From a virus, in IMG/VR virus record IMGVR_UViG_3300042503_000838, positions 1 to 64,000 of that record: 64,000 nucleotides of DNA. One strand, written 5' to 3'. The first letter of the stretch is position 1, and each line of letters begins with the position of its first letter. The notes beneath the pieces are model-generated. The model searched no databases and was not told the DNA's origin. It saw only the letters and a program-made list of their open reading frames with translations. Made by a program: the position numbers and the translations under genes. Of the stretch, positions 10,259 through 19,918 are shown piece after piece.

Positions 10259-11307
10259 TTGAATTGTTCGGAAATGGTCGGCTTAGGAGGTTGCATAGAC
10301 TTGTAGTTTTCGAAAGCTTCAAGTCCAATATTTGCTAAATCAATCGTAAGCGCAGTTGGGGAAGGACCAGATACAGGCGTAGGTGGTACCGCAGTAATAG
10401 GTAGAGGAGCTAGCGGTTTGACTGGATCAGAAATTGGCTGAGGTGTATAGAACTGAGCTTGGTTGGTCGTGTTTTGCCTTGCTACATCCAAAGCTTCACC
10501 TTGACGAACCTTATCCGCTATTCGGAAATTGCGAGTGATCTCACGATTACTGACGTTAGCCAGATACTGTTGGTGATATTGATTAGTCAAACGTTCAACA
10601 GATCTACCAACCTGACCACGAGCTTGAGCCTTACCAGCAGCTGCAATTGATTGAGCCCTAAGGTTTTCAATTTCTACAGTCTCTTTAGCTTCTTCTTCGT
10701 AGAACCTACCTTCAAGGTCTGCAATTTGACGCTCAAAGTTTTTAAAGGCTTGAGAAGCCGTCGCACCTACGAACTCAGATTGTTGCTTAGCTAGTTGATC
10801 TTCGTAATCTCTACGTTTTTGAACGTAATCAACATCCCTGTAATAGGTCTCAAGTTGATACTGGTAATCCCTATAATTTTGAGCTACTTGGTCTGCATAC
10901 CGAGCCCAATACTCCTGCTGAGCCGCTGCATTTTGAGCCACTGTATCGGCTGCTCGTGTTTTGTAAGCAGCTGCTGCAGCTGTAGCATCCATAATCCCCT
11001 TACCAATTGAGAGGATTGAAGGTAGCTCAAAAATGCCCTGTAGGGCTTGATTAAAGAAGTTGTTATCGTTTTTTTGAGTTTTAAATAGTCCTGAATAATC
11101 TGGAACATTAAGTTTTGGAATCCCAAAATCTGCTCCAAAGTCAAACCCCCCGGTAAACCCCAAAGACCCAATATCAAAAGAAGGCGAAAAAGCCTTACTT
11201 GAGTAATCGGGTACGTCAATTTTAGGGATATTTAAAGTTTTACCTAGATCCAGATTTAGGTCAAAATTTGAAGAGCCAGAAAATTTTGAAAAATCAGAAA
11301 AAGTCAT
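10255..11307 (-). CDS. Internal virion protein (gp14-like)
   Basis: Position after tail tube B; Ala/Gln-rich helical core with 'GQVGRSVERL' resembling gp14-type proteins. Confidence 0.65.
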   Translation of the reverse strand: MTFSDFSKFSGSSNFDLNLDLGKTLNIPKIDVPDYSSKAFSPSFDIGSLGFTGGFDFGADFGIPKLNVPDYSGLFKTQKNDNNFFNQALQGIFELPSILSIGKGIMDATAAAAAYKTRAADTVAQNAAAQQEYWARYADQVAQNYRDYQYQLETYYRDVDYVQKRRDYEDQLAKQQSEFVGATASQAFKNFERQIADLEGRFYEEEAKETVEIENLRAQSIAAAGKAQARGQVGRSVERLTNQYHQQYLANVSNREITRNFRIADKVRQGEALDVARQNTTNQAQFYTPQPISDPVKPLAPLPITAVPPTPVSGPSPTALTIDLANIGLEAFENYKSMQPPKPTISEQFK

Positions 11308-14300
11308 TAGCCGTACTTCCTAGCGACATCAAAATACAGGCCAGTCCATTCAAGAGCAATGAACTTAGCTTGGTCGATGCTGTCGTTCACTAGCTCCACT
11401 GTAACTTGGTCATTCTTGCTCTGGATATAAGCACGGTATTTTGCCTCTTCAAACGGCTCTTCTTCACTAATAACAATGTTTCCATTTAGAGGGTCTCTAC
11501 GATCAAATTCATAGATAATCTCATCACGAAACTTAGGCGTCACTTGAACGGTGAAATACCGAGAATCGCTGTAGTAAATATCCATATATCGCAGCTGCAA
11601 ACGACCAGTACGATTACCAATAAAAGTGTTGTCGGTCGCTGTTCTGCTGTAAGGCATAATCTGAGGCGGCTCATAAGTAAACGTGTACTTTTCACCAAAG
11701 ACCCAAGAGCTGTTTGAAAAATCCCCAAGGCTATCGCAAACAAAACTAGTAACCCCAACCGGAACATTAGCAGCCACGATCCAACGTTTCTCAGATTCAG
11801 CGCTGTCATTTTTGTTCTGTTTGATGATTACAAGCTGACTGGGGTTAACAGTCCTATACGGCAGGGTAACAGTGGTTTTGTTCGTACCAGCGTTGTAGCT
11901 AAATGAAGCTGTACCAATATCAGTAGTAATAGAGTTTGAGATCTGACGGTCTAGCAGGAACAACTCAGAGCTATCCTGAGGCGGTCTAGAAGCGTTAATA
12001 CCCTCAAGGTAAAACTCGTTGCTACCGCTGTTTACATATTTCACAAGGCTATACAGGGTGCCCTCAACAAAGTCGCACCAGTAAAGGTTTTTGTTAGGGA
12101 AGTTCCATTTATGCCAAGCGTTCTGACGATTAGTTAAAGAGCCACCAGAAGCTTCCCAAAAGAACTGGTACACGTAAAGGGAAGAAGGTTCATCTTGACT
12201 TAGCAACATCAAAAATTGATCAGTACGGCTTACAGCCAAAGAATCAATATTTTTGGGAATGTATTTAGGAATAGTTTCTGTGATTACTGCAGTTTGACCA
12301 AGGTTAATGCCAACCGTTCTGTCAGTCGTAATGAAAGTGTGTACACCAGTAAAGTCCCCCTCTTTAACAGGGAAAATTACCTGAGGTCCAACTTGTTGAG
12401 GACGCACATTAGGTTCCATACTGATGGAACTAATACGACCCACAGAGGCTGTCTCAGGGCTAAACGTTACGTTGTCACCAGAATACAAACGAAACTGGTT
12501 TTCACTGGAGAACAGGATAAGCTCGTCCTGCTGTTGAAGGGCGTAGTTTAAAACAGCAACGTCACTACTAACAGCTGTAAGGTCAATAGGATCGCTGTCT
12601 ATAACTTGTACAGCTGACTGCTGCCAGAAGTTGTAATAGTCACCAGACTCACTAAGGATTACGTTCTCACCACTTACAAAACCCAAACGGTTTTTAAAGA
12701 ACACAACATCGTTAATTGTGTGATCTACAAACGAGGGTCCAGGTATTTCTTCTACATCCCCTGCAAGACGAGACACCCAACCTGGGATTGGGAACGAAAC
12801 AGTGCTGTCAGTGTAGGTAGTACCGCTAAAGGGTTGGAAAGTGAACCTAGTAAGGCCGTTAGCGTTCCTGTAATAGATAAACGCATGAGGCATCGTGTTG
12901 TCGTCTAAAAGCCCCCTAGTGCCCCACCCAGGAGCTTCTTCCCAAACACCACGACCAAACGCACCAGCAGTAGTAGTGTTCTCAGCGTTAAACGTTAGGT
13001 AGTAAGAACTTTCTTGTGACGATCCGCTAGGAGCCACGAGGACTGTATAACCTTCCCAAGAAGTAGGAGGTAGTTCTGTAATACTTGTAATTTGATTGGA
13101 AAATCCAGACATCAAAGTGTTGCCACGAGCATCAGATGCAACAACACTTTTGATATAACGAGAAGAGCTAGTGAGGCCAATAAGAATTTGAGAACCTTGA
13201 ACTTCAAACGTTAATTGGTTAGTGCTGTCTTTTTGATCAAGACCGTGACCAAGGGTATAAGTATGCGAACCACCGTCAGTAGCTGCAGCACTCATCACAA
13301 TAGAGGTTGCACCTTTACTAACCACCGTGGTTCCAGCAGGTACGTGGGTTCCTGTAATAGTGTCACCTATATAAATTTTTGACATATCAGCAGTGTTAAT
13401 GCTGGTCATTGTTGCACTGCCGTTAGATACATGACCAACAGCAGTTTCTGAAAATGAAACTAAATTTGAAGCAATAAGTTCAGAGCTAACAACAATAGGA
13501 TTTCCTGCGCTGTCAGTAAGAGAAGGCGTAAGGTACTTACCAGTAATAGTTACGTTGTTATCTAATACAACATCAATGCGATATTCAGTGTCATAGTCAA
13601 CCAGCTTTACCCAAATTTGAGCTTTGGTTGGTTGGTAAACTGAGCTAATGCTCCCAATGTTATACCTAGTTAGAACTTCAGAGGCGTCGTACGCTACTTC
13701 CTTTTGAACGTTAGTGACAAATACATAATCTTGGAACGAGGTAGCCCTAAAGCGGTCCCTCGCTCTACCAGAACCTCGAAGGTACCCAAGATTAGTTGAA
13801 GTGATATTTGTAAATGATTGCTCAATAGGCACCACAGTAGGAAGAATCCCACTCAAAGGTTCTACGTTGGATACACCAGTTACAAAGGTATAACTGGATT
13901 GAACTGTAAGAGTTACTCCTGTAGTAGTTGCTGTAGCGTTTTTGCTGAGAGTGGCCCTAGAAGAAGCAATATCAATATCAACAATTACTGTTCCACTAGG
14001 AATACCAGATCCAGTTACACCAGCACCAACAAACAGATCTGTCATAGAGCTGACAGAAGTTACAACAGCAGAACCGTTGGTAATGTTTCCAGTGCGAGAA
14101 ACAGTCCTACTATCATCAGCAATAATCAAAATGAAACGTTCGGTGCTGCTTCGGTTATAAACGTAAACCCAAGCCTCTTCCCATTTGATTGGGTTGACAA
14201 GGGTAAGACCACCAGCGTTCTTAGTAAGAGTATCAATACGCTTTAGGGGTACAGAACCTAAACGCTTTTTAAGGCCCTCTACAAGATCGCAGTTACCGTT

Positions 14301-14402
14301 TTCAAGAACTTTTGCAAAGCCAGGTAGCACAAAGCTATCTGCTTGTTGGTTTACTCCTTTATTGAGAGGAGCAATGATTTGACTAAAAAGTTCTCGTGAC
14401 AT
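11307..14402 (-). CDS. gp12: Tail tubular protein B (nozzle, T7 gp12-like) with two inserted repeat domains
   Basis: MS...SQIIAPLNKGVNQQAD start, 'GLKKRLGS', 'PSFVDHTINDVVFFKNRLGFVSGENVILSESGDYYNFW', 'DPID', 'AWHKW' are typical gp12 motifs. Confidence 0.92.
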   Translation of the reverse strand: MSRELFSQIIAPLNKGVNQQADSFVLPGFAKVLENGNCDLVEGLKKRLGSVPLKRIDTLTKNAGGLTLVNPIKWEEAWVYVYNRSSTERFILIIADDSRTVSRTGNITNGSAVVTSVSSMTDLFVGAGVTGSGIPSGTVIVDIDIASSRATLSKNATATTTGVTLTVQSSYTFVTGVSNVEPLSGILPTVVPIEQSFTNITSTNLGYLRGSGRARDRFRATSFQDYVFVTNVQKEVAYDASEVLTRYNIGSISSVYQPTKAQIWVKLVDYDTEYRIDVVLDNNVTITGKYLTPSLTDSAGNPIVVSSELIASNLVSFSETAVGHVSNGSATMTSINTADMSKIYIGDTITGTHVPAGTTVVSKGATSIVMSAAATDGGSHTYTLGHGLDQKDSTNQLTFEVQGSQILIGLTSSSRYIKSVVASDARGNTLMSGFSNQITSITELPPTSWEGYTVLVAPSGSSQESSYYLTFNAENTTTAGAFGRGVWEEAPGWGTRGLLDDNTMPHAFIYYRNANGLTRFTFQPFSGTTYTDSTVSFPIPGWVSRLAGDVEEIPGPSFVDHTINDVVFFKNRLGFVSGENVILSESGDYYNFWQQSAVQVIDSDPIDLTAVSSDVAVLNYALQQQDELILFSSENQFRLYSGDNVTFSPETASVGRISSISMEPNVRPQQVGPQVIFPVKEGDFTGVHTFITTDRTVGINLGQTAVITETIPKYIPKNIDSLAVSRTDQFLMLLSQDEPSSLYVYQFFWEASGGSLTNRQNAWHKWNFPNKNLYWCDFVEGTLYSLVKYVNSGSNEFYLEGINASRPPQDSSELFLLDRQISNSITTDIGTASFSYNAGTNKTTVTLPYRTVNPSQLVIIKQNKNDSAESEKRWIVAANVPVGVTSFVCDSLGDFSNSSWVFGEKYTFTYEPPQIMPYSRTATDNTFIGNRTGRLQLRYMDIYYSDSRYFTVQVTPKFRDEIIYEFDRRDPLNGNIVISEEEPFEEAKYRAYIQSKNDQVTVELVNDSIDQAKFIALEWTGLYFDVARKYG

Positions 14403-15037
14403 TAGCGATCAAGAATATCAGGACCAAAAGTAGTCAGCACTCGACCGCCATACAAATCATCAGGACCACTAATGAAGTTGTAGTTTTGTCCGAGGTCTTC
14501 AGTACGCTTTAGGGTTTGAAGAGCGTTCTTTTCATCATCGCTTGTATAAGCTTCGATTGATGCAGAAGTAACAGCTCTGTTTGCAAACATCCTTGCAGCA
14601 CGAATCATAATGTAGCGGCGTGCTGTTTCCGGAATGCTGTCCCAATCAAGTTCTTCAATAACTTCAGCAACAATATTGCTAGTAGTTGCTGTGGCAATAA
14701 TCCCGCTGTCCCTTAGGTCGTATGAATTTTTAATGCGATCAAAAAGCTTAATACCCCTAAGCACCAACCTTTGTGTTGGGTAAGAAACTGGGTTAAACCG
14801 TACTGCAAGCGTGTTTGATGGCAAGTTGGAATGACCAGTATTAGCGACCAAAGGAATGCTGTCATAAACGGCTGTGTTCCAACACCAACCTGCACCTTGT
14901 ACCTCTCGACTAACTTCATCCAGCGTACGCTCTGCAAGGCTTACATCGCCTGTTAGAGGGGCGTTAAGACTATTCACTGGTGCTTCGCCAATAATGGCAA
15001 GCAACGTATTAACTGCACTGAGTTTTGTAGTCGCCAT
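14402..15037 (-). CDS. gp11: Tail tubular protein A (T7 gp11-like)
   Basis: 'LSAVNTLLAIIGEAPVNSL', 'VQGAGWCWN', 'IPETARRYIMIRAARMF'. Start moved to ATG 15037, downstream of the terminator. Confidence 0.92.
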   Translation of the reverse strand: MATTKLSAVNTLLAIIGEAPVNSLNAPLTGDVSLAERTLDEVSREVQGAGWCWNTAVYDSIPLVANTGHSNLPSNTLAVRFNPVSYPTQRLVLRGIKLFDRIKNSYDLRDSGIIATATTSNIVAEVIEELDWDSIPETARRYIMIRAARMFANRAVTSASIEAYTSDDEKNALQTLKRTEDLGQNYNFISGPDDLYGGRVLTTFGPDILDR

Positions 15038-15046
15038 TATTGCAAC

Positions 15047-15073
15047 AAAAAAGGGGAAGCATTTGCCTCCCCT
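15047..15073 (-). terminator. Intrinsic terminator after the capsid gene (position of T7 T-phi)
   Basis: Minus strand AGGGGAGGCA-AA-TGCTTCCCCT followed by a T run. Confidence 0.85.
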
Positions 15074-15106
15074 CATTGTATTGGTAATTAACTAGAAGCT
15101 AGTTAA

Positions 15107-16519
15107 TCAATAGGGGTTGCCGTCAGACAGCAGGCTCACGCAGCACTCAGGACGCAGCACACCGTGACCCACGGCATAGCTAGCAACCATCATGGTGCTT
15201 TGAGTCATAGCCTTGTACTCAGCACCGGTCATCTGCATCGAGACATCCTTGAGGGACACCGTACCCACAGCTTCCTTGGTGAAGCATAGGCCGAAGCAGT
15301 TAGCGATGGAGCTGGTGTTACCCTGCTCATCCTGGAAGTAATCAACAGTACCAGAGGCAGCCTGACCGTCAGAGCCATCACGGCCGTTGACGTAGTTAGG
15401 ACGCTCACCACGGGTCACAGCGGACTGGTTGCTCAGACCCACGTAGGACTGACCGTTGGTGTAGCTGTTGATGCCCAGATGGTTGGAGGTAACCAGACGG
15501 AAACCAGCAACGTTCAGAACCTTGTTACCAGCAATGGTACCGTTACGACCGTCAGCACCGTTCCAATCAGTGTTGATGGCACGGTCAGAGCTGAGAACGT
15601 CGTAGTAAGCACCAGGGCTCAGAACGGTCACGCGACCATCCTTAGGAGCATCCTTTTCGTCCAGCACTTGGCAGGCCTTGAAGAGGTTCTCAACGATCAG
15701 GTTGCCACGAGCAGCACGGCTAGCAGCACCGTTCAGGTCGATACCACTGAAGGAAGTACCACCAGGCAGAGCGTTCAGAACGAACAGACGCTCACCAACA
15801 GTGAACTGAGCGTTAGTACCGGTACCGATAGAACCGATTGGGTTGATAACGAAGGTGGCTGCACCGTTGGTAGGAGCAGTGGTGATCACACCGTAAGCAC
15901 CGGAGGTCTCACCGTACACAACTTCGCCAACTGCCCAGAAACCAAGTTCAGCGGTTTGGAAGTTAGCACTCAGGGTAATCGTGTTGGTGCTCACAGAAGC
16001 GTAAGTACCACCGTTCAGTTGGAATCGCTTGGAATCCCAATCCTTCACACGACCATCAGACTCAGAAGCAGCCAGAAGGGTACGAGCAAGGCGCTGGTCA
16101 TAGGCACGAGCCAGAGCCCGCCCCAATTCGGTTGAGTAGATCGACCGAACATCCCAATGAAGTTTGGCTTCATCAAGATCGTAGATGGAAGCATCAGCAA
16201 TCAGCAGGTCATCAATGGTGATGATCTTTTCGCCGATCATGCCCTTGTTACCTTGACCGGTAATAAAGTCACCGGGGCGGTGGTAGCGGCTAGAGAAGCG
16301 CCCAGTAATGGGGAAGCTTGCAGATTTGCCCGAAGAGATCGAGCGCTTCATCGTGAGATCTTTAAAAATCGTCTCGCGATTGAAGGTAGTCAGAACTTCT
16401 CCCGAAAAGATTTTCAGGAAATTAGCGTTTTCACGCTCATAGTTACCGGAGGCGGAACCAGCGTTGTATTGAACGCCGTTAAGACCACCCAACCGGCCGA
16501 TAGATGCAAAATCAGGCAT
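15107..16519 (-). CDS. gp10: Major capsid protein (T7 gp10-like), enlarged to 470 aa
   Basis: 'FLKIFSGEVLTTF', 'RSISSGKSASFPITGR', 'EKIITIDDLLIA...IYDLDEAKLHWDVRSIYSTELGRALARAYDQ', 'YAVGHGVLRPECCV'. Confidence 0.95.
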   Translation of the reverse strand: MPDFASIGRLGGLNGVQYNAGSASGNYERENANFLKIFSGEVLTTFNRETIFKDLTMKRSISSGKSASFPITGRFSSRYHRPGDFITGQGNKGMIGEKIITIDDLLIADASIYDLDEAKLHWDVRSIYSTELGRALARAYDQRLARTLLAASESDGRVKDWDSKRFQLNGGTYASVSTNTITLSANFQTAELGFWAVGEVVYGETSGAYGVITTAPTNGAATFVINPIGSIGTGTNAQFTVGERLFVLNALPGGTSFSGIDLNGAASRAARGNLIVENLFKACQVLDEKDAPKDGRVTVLSPGAYYDVLSSDRAINTDWNGADGRNGTIAGNKVLNVAGFRLVTSNHLGINSYTNGQSYVGLSNQSAVTRGERPNYVNGRDGSDGQAASGTVDYFQDEQGNTSSIANCFGLCFTKEAVGTVSLKDVSMQMTGAEYKAMTQSTMMVASYAVGHGVLRPECCVSLLSDGNPY

Positions 16520-16610
16520 CGTTAGGTTGGAGATAGAAGTTTACGTGCGCTCGCATCTCAAAGTTGTTATCGCCTCAGCGGCAACAATGTCTACGTTCGC
16601 TAATGAAATA

Positions 16611-17237
16611 CTAACCCCTAGGGCCCAATACTTCACTGCGAATCAACTTATCCTGCACATCTTGTGTGTAAGCAGGGTCTTGAAGATAACGAGAATCGTT
16701 CATAGCAGCCATTACTTCTTGGCTAGAGCGGAACACATCGCTACTGTTTCCAGAAAGCTTTCCACCCATTAGTTGTGGCTCATAACCTTCAGTATCCTGA
16801 TAAGCAAAGTAAAGACTTTGCAAAGCGTTACGAGCACGGTAGTAATCACCGCTATTCACTTCACGGTTGTAAGCCTCAAGCTCTTCAGCGTTAAGGTTTC
16901 CCCGTGCCCATTCTTGAACAGCTTGGAAATTTTCTTGACCTCCAATGCTGTCCATGATCACTGTCTCCTCTTCTTCAGAAAGAGAAGCAGCCTCTACTTG
17001 ATCTTCAGTAGTTTCTTCAGTTTCTTCTGGTTCCGTAGCTTCATAACCACGGTTGCCAAGTTTCTTCTCAAGTTCTTGATAAGCCTTCAAAAGCTCATCA
17101 GGTGTTTTAAACTTGCCAGCAATCAGTTCCTCTTGCTGTTCCTGCTTTTCAGATTCTTGAAGGATTTCAAGATCTTGCTCGCTATAGGGCCCAGTCTCCT
17201 GAGCCAGAAAACCATCAGCGATAATTTCCATGATCAA
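16611..17237 (-). CDS. gp9: Capsid assembly scaffolding protein (T7 gp9-like)
   Basis: Acidic; 'LIAGKFKTPDELLKAYQELEKKLG', 'GGQENFQAVQEWA', 'DSRY..DPAY..DVQDKL'; lies between portal and capsid. Confidence 0.9.
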   Translation of the reverse strand: MIMEIIADGFLAQETGPYSEQDLEILQESEKQEQQEELIAGKFKTPDELLKAYQELEKKLGNRGYEATEPEETEETTEDQVEAASLSEEEETVIMDSIGGQENFQAVQEWARGNLNAEELEAYNREVNSGDYYRARNALQSLYFAYQDTEGYEPQLMGGKLSGNSSDVFRSSQEVMAAMNDSRYLQDPAYTQDVQDKLIRSEVLGPRG

Positions 17238-17446
17238 CCAATACGGATGGTCAGATCAGGATAGATCCAAACAGGACGCTTGTTTTTAGCAGCCTGAGCA
17301 TATTGTTCGTATGTTTCAGGCTTCTTCTCTTTGAGTTCTTCAATGAGAAGTTCCATCTTGGACTTAGGTTCTGCCTTCTTAGAAGGGAGCTGCTGCTCCT
17401 CCACCACCGGCTCCGGCGATTTCTTGGCTTGTCCGGATTGAGTCAT
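17234..17446 (-). CDS. Small hypothetical protein
   Basis: 70 aa, translationally coupled to the scaffold gene (ATGA overlap). Confidence 0.6.
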   Translation of the reverse strand: MTQSGQAKKSPEPVVEEQQLPSKKAEPKSKMELLIEELKEKKPETYEQYAQAAKNKRPVWIYPDLTIRIG

Positions 17447-18986
17447 TTTCAGCTTTGACGAGAGCGGCCTGTTTAGCAGGATCGTTATTAGGATCTTGCG
17501 TGGCCATTTGTTGCTGCATCATCATAGCTTGCTGTTGTTCTTCGGCCATGAGATCCTCGTCACTCTTAATGAGTTTGTAGGTATCCAACCCGTCAGAAGC
17601 TGCAAGACGAGTAATAAGCTCACGACTGTTAACGTACTTAGCCAAAGTCTCAGGCCCAAGAGTTCCAGCAATCGTCTGTAAGAACTCAATAAGTTTTGCT
17701 TTGTCATTACCTCGTCCAAGGGCATCCAAGCCAGTTGTGATTTGAGGTTTGACAACGTTTTTAGGCAGCTTAGGAAGACGCCCCTGACGTTCCATAAGGG
17801 CCATCTTGCGGTTTACCAGAGGAACTTGAAGTTCAACACTCAGGATGCTGTAAATGCCCCCCAATCCTGCTTCCAGCTCCTGTGCAACCATTCTGATTTC
17901 TTCGGCTGTCACTCGGTCCCGACCAGAAGCACCAGCTTGAATTGCGCTGTTAAGAAGGAAGGAAAAGCTCAGTCGTTGTTCAATACGAGCAATCGTGTTC
18001 AGAGCAACCGTAAGATCAGCTTGCTTCTGCATTTGCAGAGGAGCCACATCATTTGGATTGCCGCTAACAATTGATCCATTGGCAGCCCTAGCAAGAGCGT
18101 CAGGACGAGTCGTACCGTTTGGATTGCAGAGGAAGATGATCTTGGCTGCTGCTGCTGAACCCTCAACAATTGCTTTAGAAAGATACTCAAGGCTTTTCAG
18201 ATCACCAAGCAGTTCTTCACAATATCCACGACCGTAGGCTTCATGAGCCACACGGAACATACGCAGCGGAATCCAGGGGCTTTTATCAATTGCTACAGAA
18301 CCGGTCTTATTAACTTGTTTTCCGTAAGCCTCTTGATACCAGTTGCACTTATCTTTTTGGTAATCCCAAGTGATATGGGTGTACAAGAAAACACTACGGT
18401 CTACAAATTTACCGTCGCCGCTTTTAGGTGCAACACCTTTAGGAAGTACATCAGGACTTACCTCTTCCCTAACTACAACTTCAAGAATGTTTCCTTCTGG
18501 GTCTCTATTAAGCACAAACGATTTAAGTGGATAAACCCTGGTACCTGTGTCAGCTACATAGATAAGAGCGTTACCGCCAATGATGAGGTGTTTAAGGGCC
18601 TCAAACAAAGCAGTGCGATCTCCAGACTCTTCAATGTCACGCATCACTGAGCGTTCCATCAAAGCAAGCTGCTGGTCAAATTCAGACTGCAGTTCTTTGT
18701 AATTATCTAGTTCCCGCTTTAGCTTCATATCGTCTACTGAAAGACGGAAAAAGCTTTGATTAGGAGGAAGCAAAGCAATAAGAAGTTTGCTTGCCAGATT
18801 ATTTACGCCACGAGCACCTAGACCTTGGTAGGTAGTAGCGATCTTGGTGTAAAGGTTTTTGCCTGTGCTTCTGTCGTTATCGGTAATCAAAGTGGGCAAG
18901 GTGTACTTGCTGCACTCAATAGCCCGATCAAGGTAAATAGTCTTTTCGGGCTCTAGTGCCGAATAACGAGCCTGAGCATTAGACAT
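17379..18986 (-). CDS. gp8: Portal / head-tail connector (T7 gp8-like)
   Basis: 'YQGLGARGVNNLASKLLIALLPPNQSFFRL', 'YGRGYCEELLGDLKSLE', 'RVTAEEIRMVAQELEAGLGGIYS', 'TGLDALGRG'. Confidence 0.96.
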   Translation of the reverse strand: MSNAQARYSALEPEKTIYLDRAIECSKYTLPTLITDNDRSTGKNLYTKIATTYQGLGARGVNNLASKLLIALLPPNQSFFRLSVDDMKLKRELDNYKELQSEFDQQLALMERSVMRDIEESGDRTALFEALKHLIIGGNALIYVADTGTRVYPLKSFVLNRDPEGNILEVVVREEVSPDVLPKGVAPKSGDGKFVDRSVFLYTHITWDYQKDKCNWYQEAYGKQVNKTGSVAIDKSPWIPLRMFRVAHEAYGRGYCEELLGDLKSLEYLSKAIVEGSAAAAKIIFLCNPNGTTRPDALARAANGSIVSGNPNDVAPLQMQKQADLTVALNTIARIEQRLSFSFLLNSAIQAGASGRDRVTAEEIRMVAQELEAGLGGIYSILSVELQVPLVNRKMALMERQGRLPKLPKNVVKPQITTGLDALGRGNDKAKLIEFLQTIAGTLGPETLAKYVNSRELITRLAASDGLDTYKLIKSDEDLMAEEQQQAMMMQQQMATQDPNNDPAKQAALVKAENDSIRTSQEIAGAGGGGAAAPF

Positions 18987-19752
18987 TCAAACCACCCGTA
19001 GAGTTTGGTGTACCCATACCGACGCCGCCGGAAATGGGAGATTGTATTTCCAAACTAGTACGTAGTCCAGCTGGTGTGCCAGTTCTTTGGCGAACACGAG
19101 AAGAAATAGGAGAACCAGCAGACTGTTGCTGTTGAATTGCTGCGTTAAGTTTTTGTTGTTGCAACATCGAAGCAGAAGCTAGGCGTTGCTGTGACATTTG
19201 CTGTTCAGCAGACTGTCGAGCCAACGTAGCTTGCTCTTGCATCGATTTTGTTTGAGCTTGATATTGATTCAACTGCTCACGAGCAAGCCCAAGTTGTTGT
19301 TGCTGGGCTTCACGTTGCTGTGCCGTTTGACCTTGCAGTAGTTTGCTTTGTTCCGCTGCTTGCGCTTGAAGAATTTTGCTTTGTTCTGCTGTTTGACTTT
19401 GCAACAGATTTCTTTGCTCTAAAGATGAAGCGCGTAAAGCATTTAATTGTTGCTCTGCTATCGCTTTATTTGAACTAAGTTGTTCACGACTTCTAGCGCT
19501 TTGTTCTTGGTACGCTTTCTGAGCTAGTTCAAATTCTTGTTGACGTTGAGCTAGCCCTTCACGAAGCGCAGTAAGTTGCCCCTCAACAGCCAAACGTTGC
19601 TGTTCCTGAGACCTACGTGCAATGTCTGCTTGCTGCTGAGCAGCTTGACGGGAAGTCTCAGCTTGTTTGCTAGCGGCTTGTCCAGTTTTATAAGCGGAGT
19701 AAGCACCAGCAGCGGCACCAACAATGCTAAGAATCCCTTTAAGAAGAGACAT
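18979..19752 (-). CDS. Gln-rich coiled-coil virion protein, gp7.3-like position and C-terminus
   Basis: Immediately upstream of portal; ends ...GGLNV, similar to the G-I/L-N-I ending of T7 gp7.3-type proteins. Confidence 0.55.
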   Translation of the reverse strand: MSLLKGILSIVGAAAGAYSAYKTGQAASKQAETSRQAAQQQADIARRSQEQQRLAVEGQLTALREGLAQRQQEFELAQKAYQEQSARSREQLSSNKAIAEQQLNALRASSLEQRNLLQSQTAEQSKILQAQAAEQSKLLQGQTAQQREAQQQQLGLAREQLNQYQAQTKSMQEQATLARQSAEQQMSQQRLASASMLQQQKLNAAIQQQQSAGSPISSRVRQRTGTPAGLRTSLEIQSPISGGVGMGTPNSTGGLNV

Positions 19753-19918
19753 ACTTCGTTTCCTCTTGCAGCTTTAGTTGCTCTTTAAGATGCCTAACAA
19801 CTGAAACTTGTCCAGCTGCAAACCAAATTAGTTTCTCTTCCATACTAAGGTCGGGAGACTTATCTGGATAAAGCTGCTCTAAATAAGCAATAATGTCAGA
19901 CTCAATGTAAGGAATCAT
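19739..19918 (-). CDS. Small T7-like conserved protein (59 aa)
   Basis: Hand translation MIPYIESDIIAYLEQLYPDKSPDLSMEEKLIWFAAGQVSVVRHLKEQLKLQEETKYVSS; ATGA-coupled to the upstream gene. Confidence 0.75.
   Translation of the reverse strand: MIPYIESDIIAYLEQLYPDKSPDLSMEEKLIWFAAGQVSVVRHLKEQLKLQEETKYVSS

Noticed and set aside
15479-16525. Long plus-strand ORFs (218 aa, 122 aa) opposite the capsid gene
   Set aside because: Antisense shadows caused by the strong codon bias of the capsid gene; no protein motifs.
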